A DNA stretch of 64,000 nt from Bacteroidetes bacterium HGW-Bacteroidetes-17 (GCA_002840985.1 PHDM01000002.1:3662-67661); one strand, 5' to 3'; counted from the first letter of the stretch, positions 8,450 through 17,449 are shown. The notes: generated from the sequence alone by a model not told the origin. Numbers and translations are program-made.

Positions 8450-9679
8450 ATGAAGAAACTATTAATCTTAGGAGCAGGTACAGGTGGAACTATCATGGCC
8501 AACAAAATGAGAAAAGTTCTTGAACGGGATGAGTGGGATATCACTATTGTCGATCAGTTTAAGACGCATTATTATCAACCGGGATTTTTGTTTATTCCTT
8601 TTGGAATGTATAAAAAGAACGATGTAATTAAGCCTAAAAGTGATTTTTTCCCGGTAGGATTAAATGTAATTTACAGCAAGATTGATAAAATCGAGCCGGA
8701 AAATAACAGGGTCTTACTGGAGGAAGGGGTTGTTTTAAATTACGATTATTTAATCATTGCTACAGGAACGCGAACAGCTCCTGAAGAAACTCCCGGTTTG
8801 AAAGGCGATTTGTGGTATAAAGACATTTTCGATTTTTACACAATAGAAGGTGCACTGGCACTTGCCGATTATTTTAAAACATGGAAAGGCGGCAAACTGG
8901 TTGTAAATATTGCTGAGCTTCCTTATAAATGTCCTGTAGCACCGCTCGAATTTGTATTTTTTGCAGATGCTTTTTTTACAGAAAGGGGACTGCGTGACAA
9001 AGTAGAAATCACTTATGTTACTCCATTACCGGGTGCCTTTACTAAGCCAAGGGCTACCAAGATGTTGGGTGAACTGTTAAAGGATAAGAATATTCATATT
9101 ATTCCTGATTTTAATATTGCTGAAGTTGATAATGTAAACAAAAAAATTATTGACTATGCTGGGGTTGAAGTACCTTTCGATTGTTTGGTTTCGGTACCCA
9201 CAAATATGGGTGATCCGATGATTGAACGAAGTGGCATGGGCGACGAACTTAACTTTGTTCCTACCGATAAATATACCTTGCAATCGCAAAAAGCCGAAAA
9301 TATATTCGTAATCGGTGATGCTGCAAATGTACCAACTTCTAAAGCAGGATCGGTAGTTCATTTTGAGGCCGATATTTTACAGGAAAATTTAATGTGTGCA
9401 ATTGAAGGACGACCCTTTACCGCGAAATTTGACGGGCACGCAAATTGTTATATCGAAACCGGATACGGTAAAGGAACTTTAATTGATTTCAATTATGATA
9501 CCGAACCGCTTGCAGGATCATTCCCATTTCCTGGGATTGGCCCATTTGGCTTGCTGAAAGTTTCTCGGATGAATCATTATGGCAAATTAATTTTCCGTTG
9601 GATTTATTGGCACATCCTGTTAAAAGGAAAAGAAATGCCGATCGATTCGGAGATGCAAATGGCAGGAAAAAAATTATAA
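8450..9679 (+). CDS. NAD(P)/FAD-dependent oxidoreductase, sulfide:quinone oxidoreductase (SQR)-like
   Basis: 409 aa. N-terminal Rossmann motif ILGAGTGGT, YKCPVAPLEF motif, VIGDAANVPTSKAGS FAD motif. Followed by DUF1641, as is common for SQR-like genes. Confidence 0.75.
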   Translation: MKKLLILGAGTGGTIMANKMRKVLERDEWDITIVDQFKTHYYQPGFLFIPFGMYKKNDVIKPKSDFFPVGLNVIYSKIDKIEPENNRVLLEEGVVLNYDYLIIATGTRTAPEETPGLKGDLWYKDIFDFYTIEGALALADYFKTWKGGKLVVNIAELPYKCPVAPLEFVFFADAFFTERGLRDKVEITYVTPLPGAFTKPRATKMLGELLKDKNIHIIPDFNIAEVDNVNKKIIDYAGVEVPFDCLVSVPTNMGDPMIERSGMGDELNFVPTDKYTLQSQKAENIFVIGDAANVPTSKAGSVVHFEADILQENLMCAIEGRPFTAKFDGHANCYIETGYGKGTLIDFNYDTEPLAGSFPFPGIGPFGLLKVSRMNHYGKLIFRWIYWHILLKGKEMPIDSEMQMAGKKL

Positions 9680-9717
9680 ACCAGGTCATTTTTACCGACT
9701 GTATAAAAAATAAAAAA

Positions 9718-10386
9718 ATGACAGACATAGAAATTCAATCGAAATTCGATGATATAAACAGGAAGCTTGACATTGTTTTGGAGGAGGTTCTGGCTCAAAA
9801 GCAATCCCGCCAAACAGTCGAGGATCTGGTGACTGATGTTTCACTCATTGGTTCCGACATGTTCAAAGCTACCGTTGTTGAGCTTGATAATGCAGGGATC
9901 GATGTTGATGGGGAAGCACTGAAGCAACTGGTATTTAAACTTATCAGAAATATTGATACCATCAACGAAATGTTTGGAATGCTTGAGAGCGCCAATGATT
10001 TGATCAAAGATGTAACACCTATCATCCATCAGGTTGGCCTCGACAGTATCAATAAAATGAACGAACTTGAGCAAAAAGGATATTTTGAGTTTATCGCAGA
10101 ACTTGGCCGAATGATCGACAATGTTGTTACCCATTTTGGTGCCGAGGATGTTAAAAAACTATCAGACAATATCGTACCAATGCTCGAACTGGTTAAGAGC
10201 CTTACTCAACCCGAAATGCTGCAAGCATTTACGAATGGGGTGAACGTATATAAAAACTTAAATACCGAAAACATTCCCGAATATTCGCTCTGGAAAATTA
10301 TGAGAGAAATAAACACCCCTGAGATGAAAAAGGGAATGGGTTTCATGATTACATTCTTAAAAAACATATCAAAAGAAAATAAATAA
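9718..10386 (+). CDS. DUF1641 domain-containing protein
   Basis: Track ORF 9598-10386 overlaps the SQR-like gene; the in-frame ATG at 9718 (MTDIEIQSKFDD...) removes the overlap. Helical acidic protein in the typical position after SQR-like flavoproteins. Confidence 0.6.
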   Translation: MTDIEIQSKFDDINRKLDIVLEEVLAQKQSRQTVEDLVTDVSLIGSDMFKATVVELDNAGIDVDGEALKQLVFKLIRNIDTINEMFGMLESANDLIKDVTPIIHQVGLDSINKMNELEQKGYFEFIAELGRMIDNVVTHFGAEDVKKLSDNIVPMLELVKSLTQPEMLQAFTNGVNVYKNLNTENIPEYSLWKIMREINTPEMKKGMGFMITFLKNISKENK

Positions 10387-10406
10387 CATTTTAAAAACAT
10401 ACAATT

Positions 10407-10718
10407 ATGGCAACAAAAACAATAGCAGGAATATCTGTAGACGTATCAGGCGAAGGTTATATGAACGATCCATCACAATGGACAAAAGAAATCGCTACAG
10501 AAATTGCAAAAGAAGAAGGGATTGATTTAACCGAAAAACATTTTGAATTGATCAGTTGGATCAGGACCAAAGTAATGAGTGGAGAAGCTTTAACCATCAG
10601 AGGAATTGGAAAATCAGGAATCGTTGATATCAAAGAATTTTACCAACTATTCCCGGGCGCACCATTGAAAAAAGCAACCAAAATTTCAGGCGTACCTAAA
10701 CCAGCTAGCTGTATCTAA
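10407..10718 (+). CDS. TusE/DsrC/DsvC family sulfur-relay protein (single penultimate Cys, TusE type)
   Basis: 103 aa with family-typical length and core (...EKHFELISWIRTKV...). C-terminus ...GVPKPASCI has only the penultimate Cys; the second DsrC Cys ~10 residues upstream is absent. Confidence 0.75.
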   Translation: MATKTIAGISVDVSGEGYMNDPSQWTKEIATEIAKEEGIDLTEKHFELISWIRTKVMSGEALTIRGIGKSGIVDIKEFYQLFPGAPLKKATKISGVPKPASCI

Positions 10719-10743
10719 TCATATAAACTAAAGCACTAAAATC

Positions 10744-11247
10744 ATGGAAAACAAAAACGAAACTCCATTAAAAAAAGTATGCCTTATTTGCGCAAAAGGA
10801 AGTATTGAAGATGTTTATGCAACCTTGGTAATGGGCAACGGAGCGGTAATGGAAGGCATTGAAACAAAAATTTTCTTTACCTTCTTCGGCCTTGATGCCA
10901 TAACAAAAAAGCAAATGAAAAAATTGCATACCTCAACGCTTGGAAATCCCGCAATGCGAATGCCGGGTGGATTACCTTTCCCAAGCATTCTTGGGATGTT
11001 ACCGGGTGTAGAAGCGGGTGTATCGGCGATGATGAAAAAACAAATGGAAGCACTGGATATGCCCCCGGTCGACGAATTTTTGGATATGATTACCGCAGGT
11101 GGCGGCGAAATTTATGCTTGTAAATTAGCTGTTGAAATGTTCAAACTTAAAAAAGAAGATTTTAACGAAAACGTGAAGGATATCATCACCATTGGTGATT
11201 TTTATGGCATGTGTGGCGGTGAAAATACGCAGGTAATCTTTACCTAA
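10744..11247 (+). CDS. DsrE/DsrF/DrsH-like family protein
   Basis: 167 aa. N-terminal KVCLICAKGSIEDVYATLVMGNG and C-terminal GGEIYACKLAVEMF resemble the DsrE_2-type fold. Adjacent to the TusE-like gene. Confidence 0.6.
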   Translation: MENKNETPLKKVCLICAKGSIEDVYATLVMGNGAVMEGIETKIFFTFFGLDAITKKQMKKLHTSTLGNPAMRMPGGLPFPSILGMLPGVEAGVSAMMKKQMEALDMPPVDEFLDMITAGGGEIYACKLAVEMFKLKKEDFNENVKDIITIGDFYGMCGGENTQVIFT

Positions 11248-11283
11248 ATTTTAATCGAAGTTTAATTAATAATGGTTGATTTT

Positions 11284-11321
11284 AACCCTGCTAGAGTTTG
11301 GAACCCAAGCAGGGTTGTTTT
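11284..11321 (+). terminator. Rho-independent terminator after the DsrE-like gene
   Basis: Stem AACCCTGCT (11284-11292) pairs with AGCAGGGTT (11308-11316), followed by GTTTTA. A second hairpin GGGATGGC/GCCATCCC lies at 11336-11364. Confidence 0.6.
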
Positions 11322-11441
11322 ATGTAAAATGCTTTGGGATGGCTTCCTGAAAGGACGCCATCCCATTTCATCAGGTTAAGGTTTGAAATCTCAATATTTT
11401 TACCATCTTTGTATTAGCATTTTAAAAATAGTAAAAAGCTG

Positions 11442-12284
11442 ATGACTGAAGTTAATTCAAATAAGAAGAAGCAAAAAAGCCCGGAAAAGGAAATGAGTTT
11501 CTGGGAACATCTTGAAGAGCTTCGCTGGCACATCGTCAGGTCGGTTATTGCTATTTTTATTTTCGCCATTATTGCATTCTTAAACCGAAAATTAATCTTT
11601 GATGTAGTCATTCTGGCCCCTAAGGATTCAAATTTTATAACCAACCGTATTCTCTGTCAAATTGCTGATTATTTATCAATTTCGGGTCTTTGCATCGGAG
11701 AAATGTCCTTAAAAATAATTAATATAAGCATGTCGGGGCAGTTTATGACCCATATGTACATTTCGATGATCGTTGGCTTGGTTGCAGCATTCCCATACGT
11801 GATTTATGAAATCTGGAGTTTTATAAATCCGGCACTTCATTCGAAAGAAAAAAAATATTCGGGGGGAGCTGTGATATCAAGTTCTTTGCTTTTTATGTTG
11901 GGCGTATTGTTCAGCTATTTTATAATTGTGCCATTAACGGTTAACTTTTTTGGCACCTATCAGGTAAGTGATGCTGTCGAAAACAGCATTTCGTTAGATT
12001 CATATATCAGTACCGTGGTTTCGGTAACTTTTGCCGTTGGTCTCGTATTTGAATTGCCCATCTTTGTTTATTTCCTGACCAAGATTGGGATCATTACTCC
12101 AAGCTTTATGAAAAAAAACAGGAAGTACATGTTGGTAATCCTGTTAATCATTGCGGCAATTATAACCCCACCCGATGTCTTTAGCCAAATCCTGGTTGTA
12201 ATTCCTTTATATGGGCTTTATGAATTAAGTATCAGCCTTTCAAAAAGGGTTTATAAAAAGCGGGTGATTGAAATGGAAGATTAA
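11442..12284 (+). CDS. tatC: Twin-arginine translocase subunit TatC
   Basis: 280 aa. SFWEHLEELRWHIVRS N-terminal motif, six TM helices, C-terminal ...TPPDVFSQ motif typical of TatC. Confidence 0.9.
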   Translation: MTEVNSNKKKQKSPEKEMSFWEHLEELRWHIVRSVIAIFIFAIIAFLNRKLIFDVVILAPKDSNFITNRILCQIADYLSISGLCIGEMSLKIINISMSGQFMTHMYISMIVGLVAAFPYVIYEIWSFINPALHSKEKKYSGGAVISSSLLFMLGVLFSYFIIVPLTVNFFGTYQVSDAVENSISLDSYISTVVSVTFAVGLVFELPIFVYFLTKIGIITPSFMKKNRKYMLVILLIIAAIITPPDVFSQILVVIPLYGLYELSISLSKRVYKKRVIEMED

Positions 12285-12299
12285 TCCTGTGTTCGATAT

Positions 12300-13076
12300 T
12301 TAATTTTTTTTTAAAAAATCAAACACCAGTTCGGAAAATTTTTCTGGTGCCTCGGCATGAACCCAATGCGAAGTATTTTCAATAGTTACAATTTCAGCAT
12401 TTGGGAAATTATATTTAATTGTCGGATAATCTTCGGGCAGGATATAATCCGATAATCCGCCTTTGATGAATAAGGCAGGTTTATTGAAACGGTCGATGGT
12501 ATCGATCCCGTCAAAAAGCTCATTTAAATTTTCACAGATGGCCTCAAAATTAATTCGCCATGCGAGCTTATCTTTTTCTTTCCAGTATAAATTTTTCAGA
12601 ATGAATTGACGGATCCGAAAATCGGGAATACGCTCAGTTAACAACATGTCGACTTCTGTTCTGGAGTTCACCATGTCAAAATTAATCCGGCGCATCCCAT
12701 CAATAATTTTAGCATGAGAATTCCTGCTTGGATAGGCCCTTAGGCTGATATCTATTATTACCACCTTTTTAATTAATTCGGAATTTTCCAATGCAAAACG
12801 GGCACTTACTTTACCGCCCATTGAATGACCAATAATTATAGGATTTTCTATTTTATGATCTTCCATAAATTCGTAAAGGTCGTCAGTTAGTGCCAGATAA
12901 TTAAAAACAGGACTATGCGGCGATTGACCGTGATTTCGTTGATCGGGAATGTAAACCTGATAACCCTGTTCTGCCAGGTTTTTTCCGAAACTTACCCAAT
13001 TATCGGAAATACCAAACAAGCCATGAAGTATTATCACAGCAGGACCTTCTCCAAATGTTCGATAAAATAATTTCAT
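12300..13076 (-). CDS. Alpha/beta hydrolase (YbfF-like esterase)
   Basis: 258 aa. HGLFG oxyanion motif and GHSMGG nucleophile elbow; C-terminal His in SHWVHAE. Confidence 0.8.
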   Translation of the reverse strand: MKLFYRTFGEGPAVIILHGLFGISDNWVSFGKNLAEQGYQVYIPDQRNHGQSPHSPVFNYLALTDDLYEFMEDHKIENPIIIGHSMGGKVSARFALENSELIKKVVIIDISLRAYPSRNSHAKIIDGMRRINFDMVNSRTEVDMLLTERIPDFRIRQFILKNLYWKEKDKLAWRINFEAICENLNELFDGIDTIDRFNKPALFIKGGLSDYILPEDYPTIKYNFPNAEIVTIENTSHWVHAEAPEKFSELVFDFLKKN

Positions 13077-13088
13077 TCGTAATAATGA

Positions 13089-13778
13089 TTAGAATTGCAA
13101 TTCGTCCATGCTATCTTTTAGATGAAAACGCCTTTTAAATAAATAAACAATGAAATAAATAACGGGTGTATCAAGTATAGCAATGATTAACTTAAACATA
13201 TATCCATTGAGCAATAAAATTCCAAACAATTCCCATTCAATAACTTTAAAGCTACACAAAAGAAAAAGCACAGTAAAGGTATCAATAAATTGAGAGGTAA
13301 ATGTAGATGCATTATTGCGCAGCCATAGATGTTTTCCTTTGGTCAGGTTTTTCCAGAAGTGAAATAATTGAACATCGATATGCTGGGCCAGTAAATAAGC
13401 TGCCAGTGATGCACCAACCGCAATAAAGGTAAATCCGAAAACCCGTTTGAATTCGTGATTTTGTATGGGCGACCAATCGGTAGCGGCCACCGATGAACTT
13501 GCTATGATGATTAGCAACATGAAAATACTGGCAAAAATACCGGCCATGATAACTTTATGGGCACGTTTTTTGCCATAAATTTCAGAGATGATATCCGTTA
13601 TTAAAAAGGTAATGGGATATGGGAGGATTCCAACTGATAATTCAAAAGTATGCAGTCCGAAAAAATCCCAGGTAAAGAATTTCTGAAAAATTAAATTACT
13701 GGTAACCAGGGAGGCAATAAATAAAGCGGCTAAAATGAGATAAATATTTTCTGCTTCGGATTTGAGCTTTGAAGTCAT
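13089..13778 (-). CDS. yhhQ: Queuosine-precursor transporter (YhhQ/DUF165, VUT family)
   Basis: 229 aa polytopic membrane protein with YPITFLITDIISEIYGKK and DTPVIY motifs typical of the family. Confidence 0.75.
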   Translation of the reverse strand: MTSKLKSEAENIYLILAALFIASLVTSNLIFQKFFTWDFFGLHTFELSVGILPYPITFLITDIISEIYGKKRAHKVIMAGIFASIFMLLIIIASSSVAATDWSPIQNHEFKRVFGFTFIAVGASLAAYLLAQHIDVQLFHFWKNLTKGKHLWLRNNASTFTSQFIDTFTVLFLLCSFKVIEWELFGILLLNGYMFKLIIAILDTPVIYFIVYLFKRRFHLKDSMDELQF

Positions 13779-13823
13779 GAGTAAGGTATGAGTGGTACAA
13801 TAGTTTAAAAAGGAACAAATAAA

Positions 13824-14540
13824 TTAAAGTTTTAGTTCCCGCAAATATAGCTGAATTGTATTCTCAAGTCCTAAGTAAAGTGAATCACTGATCAATGCAT
13901 GCCCGATGGATACTTCCAGTAAACCAGGAATGTTTGCAGCAAAATACCTTAAATTGTACAAATCCAAATCGTGACCGGCATTGATACCCAAACCAATTTC
14001 GTTGGCAACTTTTGCAGCAGCAATAAATGGGGCAATAGCAGCAACTTTATCTTTATGAAAATGGTCGGCATACGATTCAGTGTATAATTCTATTCGGTCG
14101 GCACCTGTTTTCAATGCATTCCTGATCATTTTTTCATCAGTTTCAATAAAAATGGAAGTCCGTATTCCATTTCTTTTGAACTCAGAAATCACTTCCTTCA
14201 GGAAGGATTCATTTTTAATCGTATCCCATCCGGCATTGGAAGTAATTGCATCCGGAGAGTCGGGAACCAATGTAACTTGATGAGGTCTTACTTCCAACAC
14301 CAAATCAATAAATTTAGGAACGGGATTTCCCTCAATGTTAAATTCGACCCCGATTTTAGGCTTAATATCCCGAGCATCCTGATAGCGGATATGTCGCTCG
14401 TCGGGGCGAGGATGTACTGTAATTCCCTGAGCACCGAATCTTTCGCAATCGATTGCCGCTTTTAAAACATTGGGATAGTTACCACCTCGGGCATTTCGGA
14501 TGGTGGCTATTTTATTTATGTTTACGCTAAGTTTAGTCAT
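13824..14540 (-). CDS. pdxJ: Pyridoxine 5'-phosphate synthase
   Basis: 238 aa. [20 protein letters not shown]...HPRPDERHI...NIEG...EVSIGHALI are conserved PdxJ blocks. Confidence 0.92.
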   Translation of the reverse strand: MTKLSVNINKIATIRNARGGNYPNVLKAAIDCERFGAQGITVHPRPDERHIRYQDARDIKPKIGVEFNIEGNPVPKFIDLVLEVRPHQVTLVPDSPDAITSNAGWDTIKNESFLKEVISEFKRNGIRTSIFIETDEKMIRNALKTGADRIELYTESYADHFHKDKVAAIAPFIAAAKVANEIGLGINAGHDLDLYNLRYFAANIPGLLEVSIGHALISDSLYLGLENTIQLYLRELKL

Positions 14541-14597
14541 GGTTTTAGGTATTTACACAAAATTAGTAATAATTCTAATCTTGAGTGGAAAGTAGAA

Positions 14598-14804
14598 AGT
14601 AGTCAGAATATAGTAGACAGTAGACAGTAGGCAGTAGACAGTAGTTATTGGTTGGGACAATATTTTCAGAACATTGTATTTTAGTTGGCTCATAAAGATT
14701 TATGTAAATTTTGGGTTGAGATTAAGTATGGTTCAGCCTTTTTTATATACGTTAACATTTAAACACAAAAACACTTTTTTATGATTGCCGTTCGGTGGAC
14801 ATCA
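14598..14804 (+). repeat. Left arm of a ~200-bp inverted repeat (family A): tandem AGTAGNC heptamers plus a 164-bp core
   Basis: The core 14641-14804 aligns by eye to the reverse complement of 15946-16109 with 6 substitutions and 1 indel. The heptamer block has 2 more units than the right arm. Confidence 0.9.
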
Positions 14805-14877
14805 ATAGACTATTAATACATTACCATTGATTTTTACTTGCGAAATACTAACTACTGTATTCTTAATTCCGGCACAT

Positions 14878-15363
14878 TTAGCTTCCTGTCATTTTAAACG
14901 ACTTATCATCAACAGCTCTTTGAGTGGCTAAAATACCATCAAGGTGGTCGTATTCATGTTGAATAAGTTCCGAAAGATCATCTTCAAGTTGCCAGGTATG
15001 TTCTTCCCAATTCATATCACGAAAAGTCATTTTCACTTTTTTGGCCCGTTCAACTTTTACAAATAGATTTGGGAATGAAAAACAATCATCCCAAAGAATG
15101 ATTTTTTCTTCACCAAAATCGAATAAAACCGGATTAATGATCACAATTGGCTTATCAATATTGACATAAATAAACCGTTTCATGACCCCAATCTGCGGAG
15201 CTGCGATAGCCCTGCCGGCTTTGTATTTTTCTTTAAACTCCATTAAAGCCCGATGCAGGATGTCAATGGCGGGTTTAATTTCATCCAATTCTTCTTTTTT
15301 TACAGCTACTGATTGTTCATACAATCTGGGATCACCCAATAGTAGAATGTTTTTTAAGCTCAT
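14878..15363 (-). CDS. def: Peptide deformylase (short, divergent motif II)
   Basis: 161 aa. Motif I GRAIAAPQ; motif II DDCFS in place of EGCLS; motif III HEYDH. 1-nt overlap with dtd. Confidence 0.85.
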   Translation of the reverse strand: MSLKNILLLGDPRLYEQSVAVKKEELDEIKPAIDILHRALMEFKEKYKAGRAIAAPQIGVMKRFIYVNIDKPIVIINPVLFDFGEEKIILWDDCFSFPNLFVKVERAKKVKMTFRDMNWEEHTWQLEDDLSELIQHEYDHLDGILATQRAVDDKSFKMTGS

Positions 15364-15815
15364 TATTCTCTGTTTTTTGAATCTATAATTATGGTCACAG
15401 GGCCATCATTAGTCAAAGTAACTTCCATTTCGGCCCCAAACTCACCCGTTTGAACTTTTTTCCCAATTTCTTTTTCAAATTGAGTTACGAACTGTTCGTA
15501 CAGTGGAATAGCCACATCAGGTTTGGCAGCATAAATATAAGAAGGACGGTTGCCCTTTTTGGTGCTGGCATGCAAGGTAAATTGACTCACAACGATTACT
15601 TCTCCGTCAATTTCTTTCACATCCAGATTCATCACTCCATTGGCATCATCAAAAATCCGCAATTGTGATATTTTGCGACATAGCCATTCAATATCTTCAA
15701 ATGAATCTGCATTTTCGATGCCCAGCAAAATCAATAAGCCTTTCTTGATTTCGGCCTTCACCTTTTTATCAATGCTAACCGAAGCCTCCGAAACTCTTTG
15801 TATTACAACTCTCAT
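15363..15815 (-). CDS. dtd: D-aminoacyl-tRNA deacylase
   Basis: 150 aa. MRVVIQRV...SQFTL...GNRPS...NDGPVT are canonical Dtd motifs. Confidence 0.92.
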   Translation of the reverse strand: MRVVIQRVSEASVSIDKKVKAEIKKGLLILLGIENADSFEDIEWLCRKISQLRIFDDANGVMNLDVKEIDGEVIVVSQFTLHASTKKGNRPSYIYAAKPDVAIPLYEQFVTQFEKEIGKKVQTGEFGAEMEVTLTNDGPVTIIIDSKNRE

Positions 15816-15945
15816 TCTGTTAAAATTAAAATTCTAAATTACAATAATCCATCAAAAGTAAAACAGTAAAAAATGGAATGATAAGTATAAAATATCAATA
15901 GACAAGATGCAAGACTCAAGATACAACTTTCTACTGACTACTGAC

Positions 15946-16137
15946 TGATGTCCACCGAATGTCAATCATAAAGAAGTGTTTTTGTGTTTAAGTGTTAACG
16001 TATATAAAAAGGCTGAGCCATACTTAATCTCAACCCAAAATTTACATAAATCTTTATGAGCCAACTAAAATACAATGTTCTGAAAAAATTGTCCCAACCA
16101 ATAACTACTGTTTACTGCCTACTGTATTCTGACTACT
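15946..16137 (-). repeat. Right arm of the ~200-bp inverted repeat (family A)
   Basis: Reverse complement matches 14598-14804 (about 96% in the core). CTACTGN heptamers flank the core. Confidence 0.9.
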
Positions 16138-16209
16138 GTATTCTTATTCGTTATTCAGGAATATCGATTAATGATAAGCCTATAAGAGAGCGGTTTTCCC
16201 GAGCGAAAC

Positions 16210-16593
16210 TTACTGTAATTTCCCCATAAATTCAACCTGATTGATAATAAACCGGGTATGGGTTCCAAATCCAATCTTCCCACTTTCATCTTCAGCAATT
16301 ACTTCAAATACAATTTTCTTACGATCAATTCCAGTTACCAGAGCTTTGCATTTGACTTTATTCCCGATAGGAGTGGCCTTAATATGTTGAATATGTAGTT
16401 CTGTGCCAACCGTAGTATATCCTACAGGAAGAAGATGGTTTACACATTCCAACGCTGTTTTTTCCATAAAGGCAATCATGGCGGGTGTGGCAAAAACTTC
16501 AACCATCCCCGAACCGTAATGGGTAGCAGAGTCTTGTGGTTCCACTATTTTTTCTGTTTCATAGGATAATCCGACTTTTAATTCAGCAAACAT
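16210..16593 (-). CDS. Hotdog-fold thioesterase family protein
   Basis: 127 aa. Size and pattern (...HYGSGMVEVFATPAMIAFMEKTA...GTELHIQHIKATPIG...) resemble FlK/PaaI-like thioesterases. Confidence 0.55.
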   Translation of the reverse strand: MFAELKVGLSYETEKIVEPQDSATHYGSGMVEVFATPAMIAFMEKTALECVNHLLPVGYTTVGTELHIQHIKATPIGNKVKCKALVTGIDRKKIVFEVIAEDESGKIGFGTHTRFIINQVEFMGKLQ

Positions 16594-16594
16594 A

Positions 16595-17002
16595 TCAGGT
16601 GTATTTAAAACTAATGGTTTGTTTTAAATCGGGATGTAAACTTTTGGCAACGGGACAGGTTAAGGCAGATACTTCAATTATTTTTTTCTGTTTCTCCGTA
16701 TAATTATTTGGTGGAAAAGTAAAATCAACGATTACTTCGGAAATCCTTCTGGGATCGGAAGCCATCACTTTGGTAATTTCTATTTGGGTGCCATCAATAT
16801 TAAAATGATGGTTGTTGGCAGCAATTCCTACAATAGTAATCATGCAACTTCCAAGTGCGGTGGCTACTAAATCGGTTGGTGAAAAAGCTTCTCCTTTTCC
16901 CTGATTATCAATGGGTGCATCTGTAATAATTTTGTTGCCAGATCTTAAATGCTGTGCCTCGGTCCTTAATCCTCCAATATATGTTGTCTTTGTAGTTATC
17001 AT
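16595..17002 (-). CDS. OsmC family peroxiredoxin-like protein
   Basis: 135 aa with two conserved Cys (ALGSCM and ALTCPV) at OsmC/Ohr spacing. Confidence 0.75.
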   Translation of the reverse strand: MITTKTTYIGGLRTEAQHLRSGNKIITDAPIDNQGKGEAFSPTDLVATALGSCMITIVGIAANNHHFNIDGTQIEITKVMASDPRRISEVIVDFTFPPNNYTEKQKKIIEVSALTCPVAKSLHPDLKQTISFKYT

Positions 17003-17171
17003 AATTCAAATTTTTTTTTCAAAGGTAATCATAAAGAAATTTGTGATGGAATAACCAAGAGGAAAAAATTCAGAACAACCGAAGGTGATTATTCGCGTGG
17101 TATTCTCCCTATTAATAGGGGCAAGTTAGTGATCGATTTAATAAAAAAAGAATTAACGCATGAAAAATGAT

Positions 17172-17199
17172 AAAAAAAAGCCTCAAAAAATGAGGCTTT
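17172..17199 (-). terminator. Rho-independent terminator downstream of the small secreted-protein gene
   Basis: AAAGCCTCA (17177-17185) pairs with TGAGGCTTT (17191-17199). On the minus strand the stem is followed by a T8 run. Confidence 0.7.
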
Positions 17200-17221
17200 C
17201 ATAACATATCTTAAAAAAATG

Positions 17222-17449
17222 TTATTTCTTTTTCTTTGCAGCGGTCTTTTTTGTATCGTCACAAGCTTTTGAAGTATCGCAACATGCTTTTTTGGTAGCA
17301 GTATCACATTCTTTTGTTTCAGCTGTTTTTGTAGTAACTTCTGTTGTAGCTTTTTTAACTTCTTTCTTTTGTGGATCCTGTGCATTAACTGATATAGTTC
17401 CTATAGCAATGAATGCAACCACTGCCATGCTTAAAATTATTTTTTTCAT
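17222..17449 (-). CDS. Small secreted Lys/Thr/Cys-rich protein (hypothetical)
   Basis: 75 aa. Signal peptide MKKIILSMAVVAFIAIGTISVNAQ; mature part has ECDTATKKACCDTSKACDD and a poly-Lys tail; followed by a terminator. The overlapping track ORF 17089-17385 is its off-frame shadow. Confidence 0.55.
   Translation of the reverse strand: MKKIILSMAVVAFIAIGTISVNAQDPQKKEVKKATTEVTTKTAETKECDTATKKACCDTSKACDDTKKTAAKKKK

Noticed and set aside
13779-13823. preQ1 riboswitch upstream of the yhhQ-like queuosine-precursor transporter
   Set aside because: Only 45 nt separate it from pdxJ. The leader (UUUGUUCCUUUUUAAACUAUUGUACCACUCAUACC) has no P1 hairpin or recognisable preQ1-I/II core.
14590-14645. Tandem AGTAGAC/AGTAGGC heptamers as a possible CRISPR array or minisatellite locus
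   Set aside because: The units are 7 nt with no spacers, and they form part of the family A inverted-repeat arms. There are no cas genes and no CRISPR-like repeat-spacer periodicity.
17089-17385. 98-aa ORF (MHRIHKRKKLKKLQQ...) on the minus strand
   Set aside because: It is an off-frame, low-complexity shadow of the Lys-rich small secreted protein gene and its terminator region, with no signal peptide or start context.
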